Source of the DNA: Anaerolineae bacterium
GTDB lineage: Bacteria > Chloroflexota > Anaerolineae > B4-G1 > DUEL01
NCBI GenBank assembly: GCA_036172315.1
Contig: JASFBC010000139.1
Span: forward strand, 1,728 to 65,727
DNA: 64,000 nucleotides
Direction: 5' to 3'
The position numbers were made by a program, and so were the translations under genes. Under the pieces are notes generated by a model. It was given only the letters and a program-made list of their open reading frames with translations, had not been told where the DNA came from and did no database searches. Position 1 is the stretch's first letter. Each line of letters opens with the position of its first letter. Of the stretch, positions 63,748 to 64,000 are shown one piece after another.

Positions 63748-64000
63748 TTTTCTCCTTCTATCAGCCGAAAGATGCCCAGAATCCGGGTCTCCTCCCGCCG
63801 GAGGCGGAACCCGGCCTCCCGGATGGTTTGAGTCGTCTCCCGGTTCAGGTGGCAGACGCCGTTCCAGACCAGCCACAGGGGATGGAGGTGGTCGGTCAGC
63901 CAGGCGCCCAGTCCCCGGCCCCGGGTGTGCTCCAGGAGGAGCAGACGGCCCCTGGGCCGGAGGACCCGGTACACCTCTCCCAGCGCTCCCTCCGGGTCGG
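63744..64000 (-). CDS. Class I SAM-dependent methyltransferase, 5'-truncated at the window edge (only the C-terminal part is present)
   Basis: LRPRGRLLLLEH is a methyltransferase post-motif-II region. The ORF is open to the window end. Confidence 0.55.
   Translation of the reverse strand, partial: DPEGALGEVYRVLRPRGRLLLLEHTRGRGLGAWLTDHLHPLWLVWNGVCHLNRETTQTIREAGFRLRREETRILGIFRLIEGEK

Overview
This is a high-GC (~67%) bacterial chromosomal segment with roughly 65 protein-coding genes. I found no rRNA, tRNA, CRISPR array, transposase or prophage. The gene content (a bacterial Elp3 radical-SAM/GNAT homolog, many DUF3782-like coiled-coil proteins, Pro/Thr-rich anchored proteins, the GC level) points to a Chloroflexota-like organism; this is inference only.

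The housekeeping backbone is:
- pyrH (partial)-frr-uppS-cdsA, a CBS protein, fbp and rho
- iorAB (indolepyruvate:ferredoxin oxidoreductase)
- mscL, prfB (with the classical +1 programmed frameshift), tilS and rph
- the infC-rpmI-rplT operon
- sigA and yceD

Accessory content is:
- a tungsten module (AOR next to a wtpABC tungstate/molybdate transporter)
- one complete oligopeptide-type ABC system plus an orphan permease pair
- two polysaccharide/glycosylation clusters (glycosyltransferase families GT2, GT4, a GT-C PMT-like enzyme, a DPM1-like GT2, a polyprenyl synthase and an O-antigen-ligase/TPR protein)
- a KimA-like K+ transporter, a multi-FeS flavoprotein, an ABC-2 exporter with a winged-helix regulator, and a bactofilin

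The most interesting signals are:
1. A membrane-anchored thioredoxin-fold gene has an in-frame TGA exactly at the first redox Cys position, followed by a SECIS-like hairpin. It is a candidate UxxC selenoprotein.
2. A ~150-nt dispersed repeat element (a GGACGAC/GTCTGTGGTC repeat hairpin plus a conserved hairpin motif) has three full copies, all co-oriented upstream of genes (rho, mscL, yceD-sigA), and partial copies elsewhere.
3. A ~90-nt two-hairpin element occurs twice and carries compensatory base changes. One copy is intergenic; the other lies in-frame inside a GT-C glycosyltransferase ORF.
4. A palindromic motif TAGCRCAAGATTWATCTTG recurs right after stop codons, and one copy is associated with a tandem duplication of a gene 3' end.
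5. Short direct repeats sit in 5' leaders: heptamer repeats upstream of two genes and 11-nt iteron-like repeats in another leader.
6. A decayed HepT toxin remnant lies between tilS and the DJ-1 gene.
7. Two unusually long same-strand gene overlaps lack in-frame stops.
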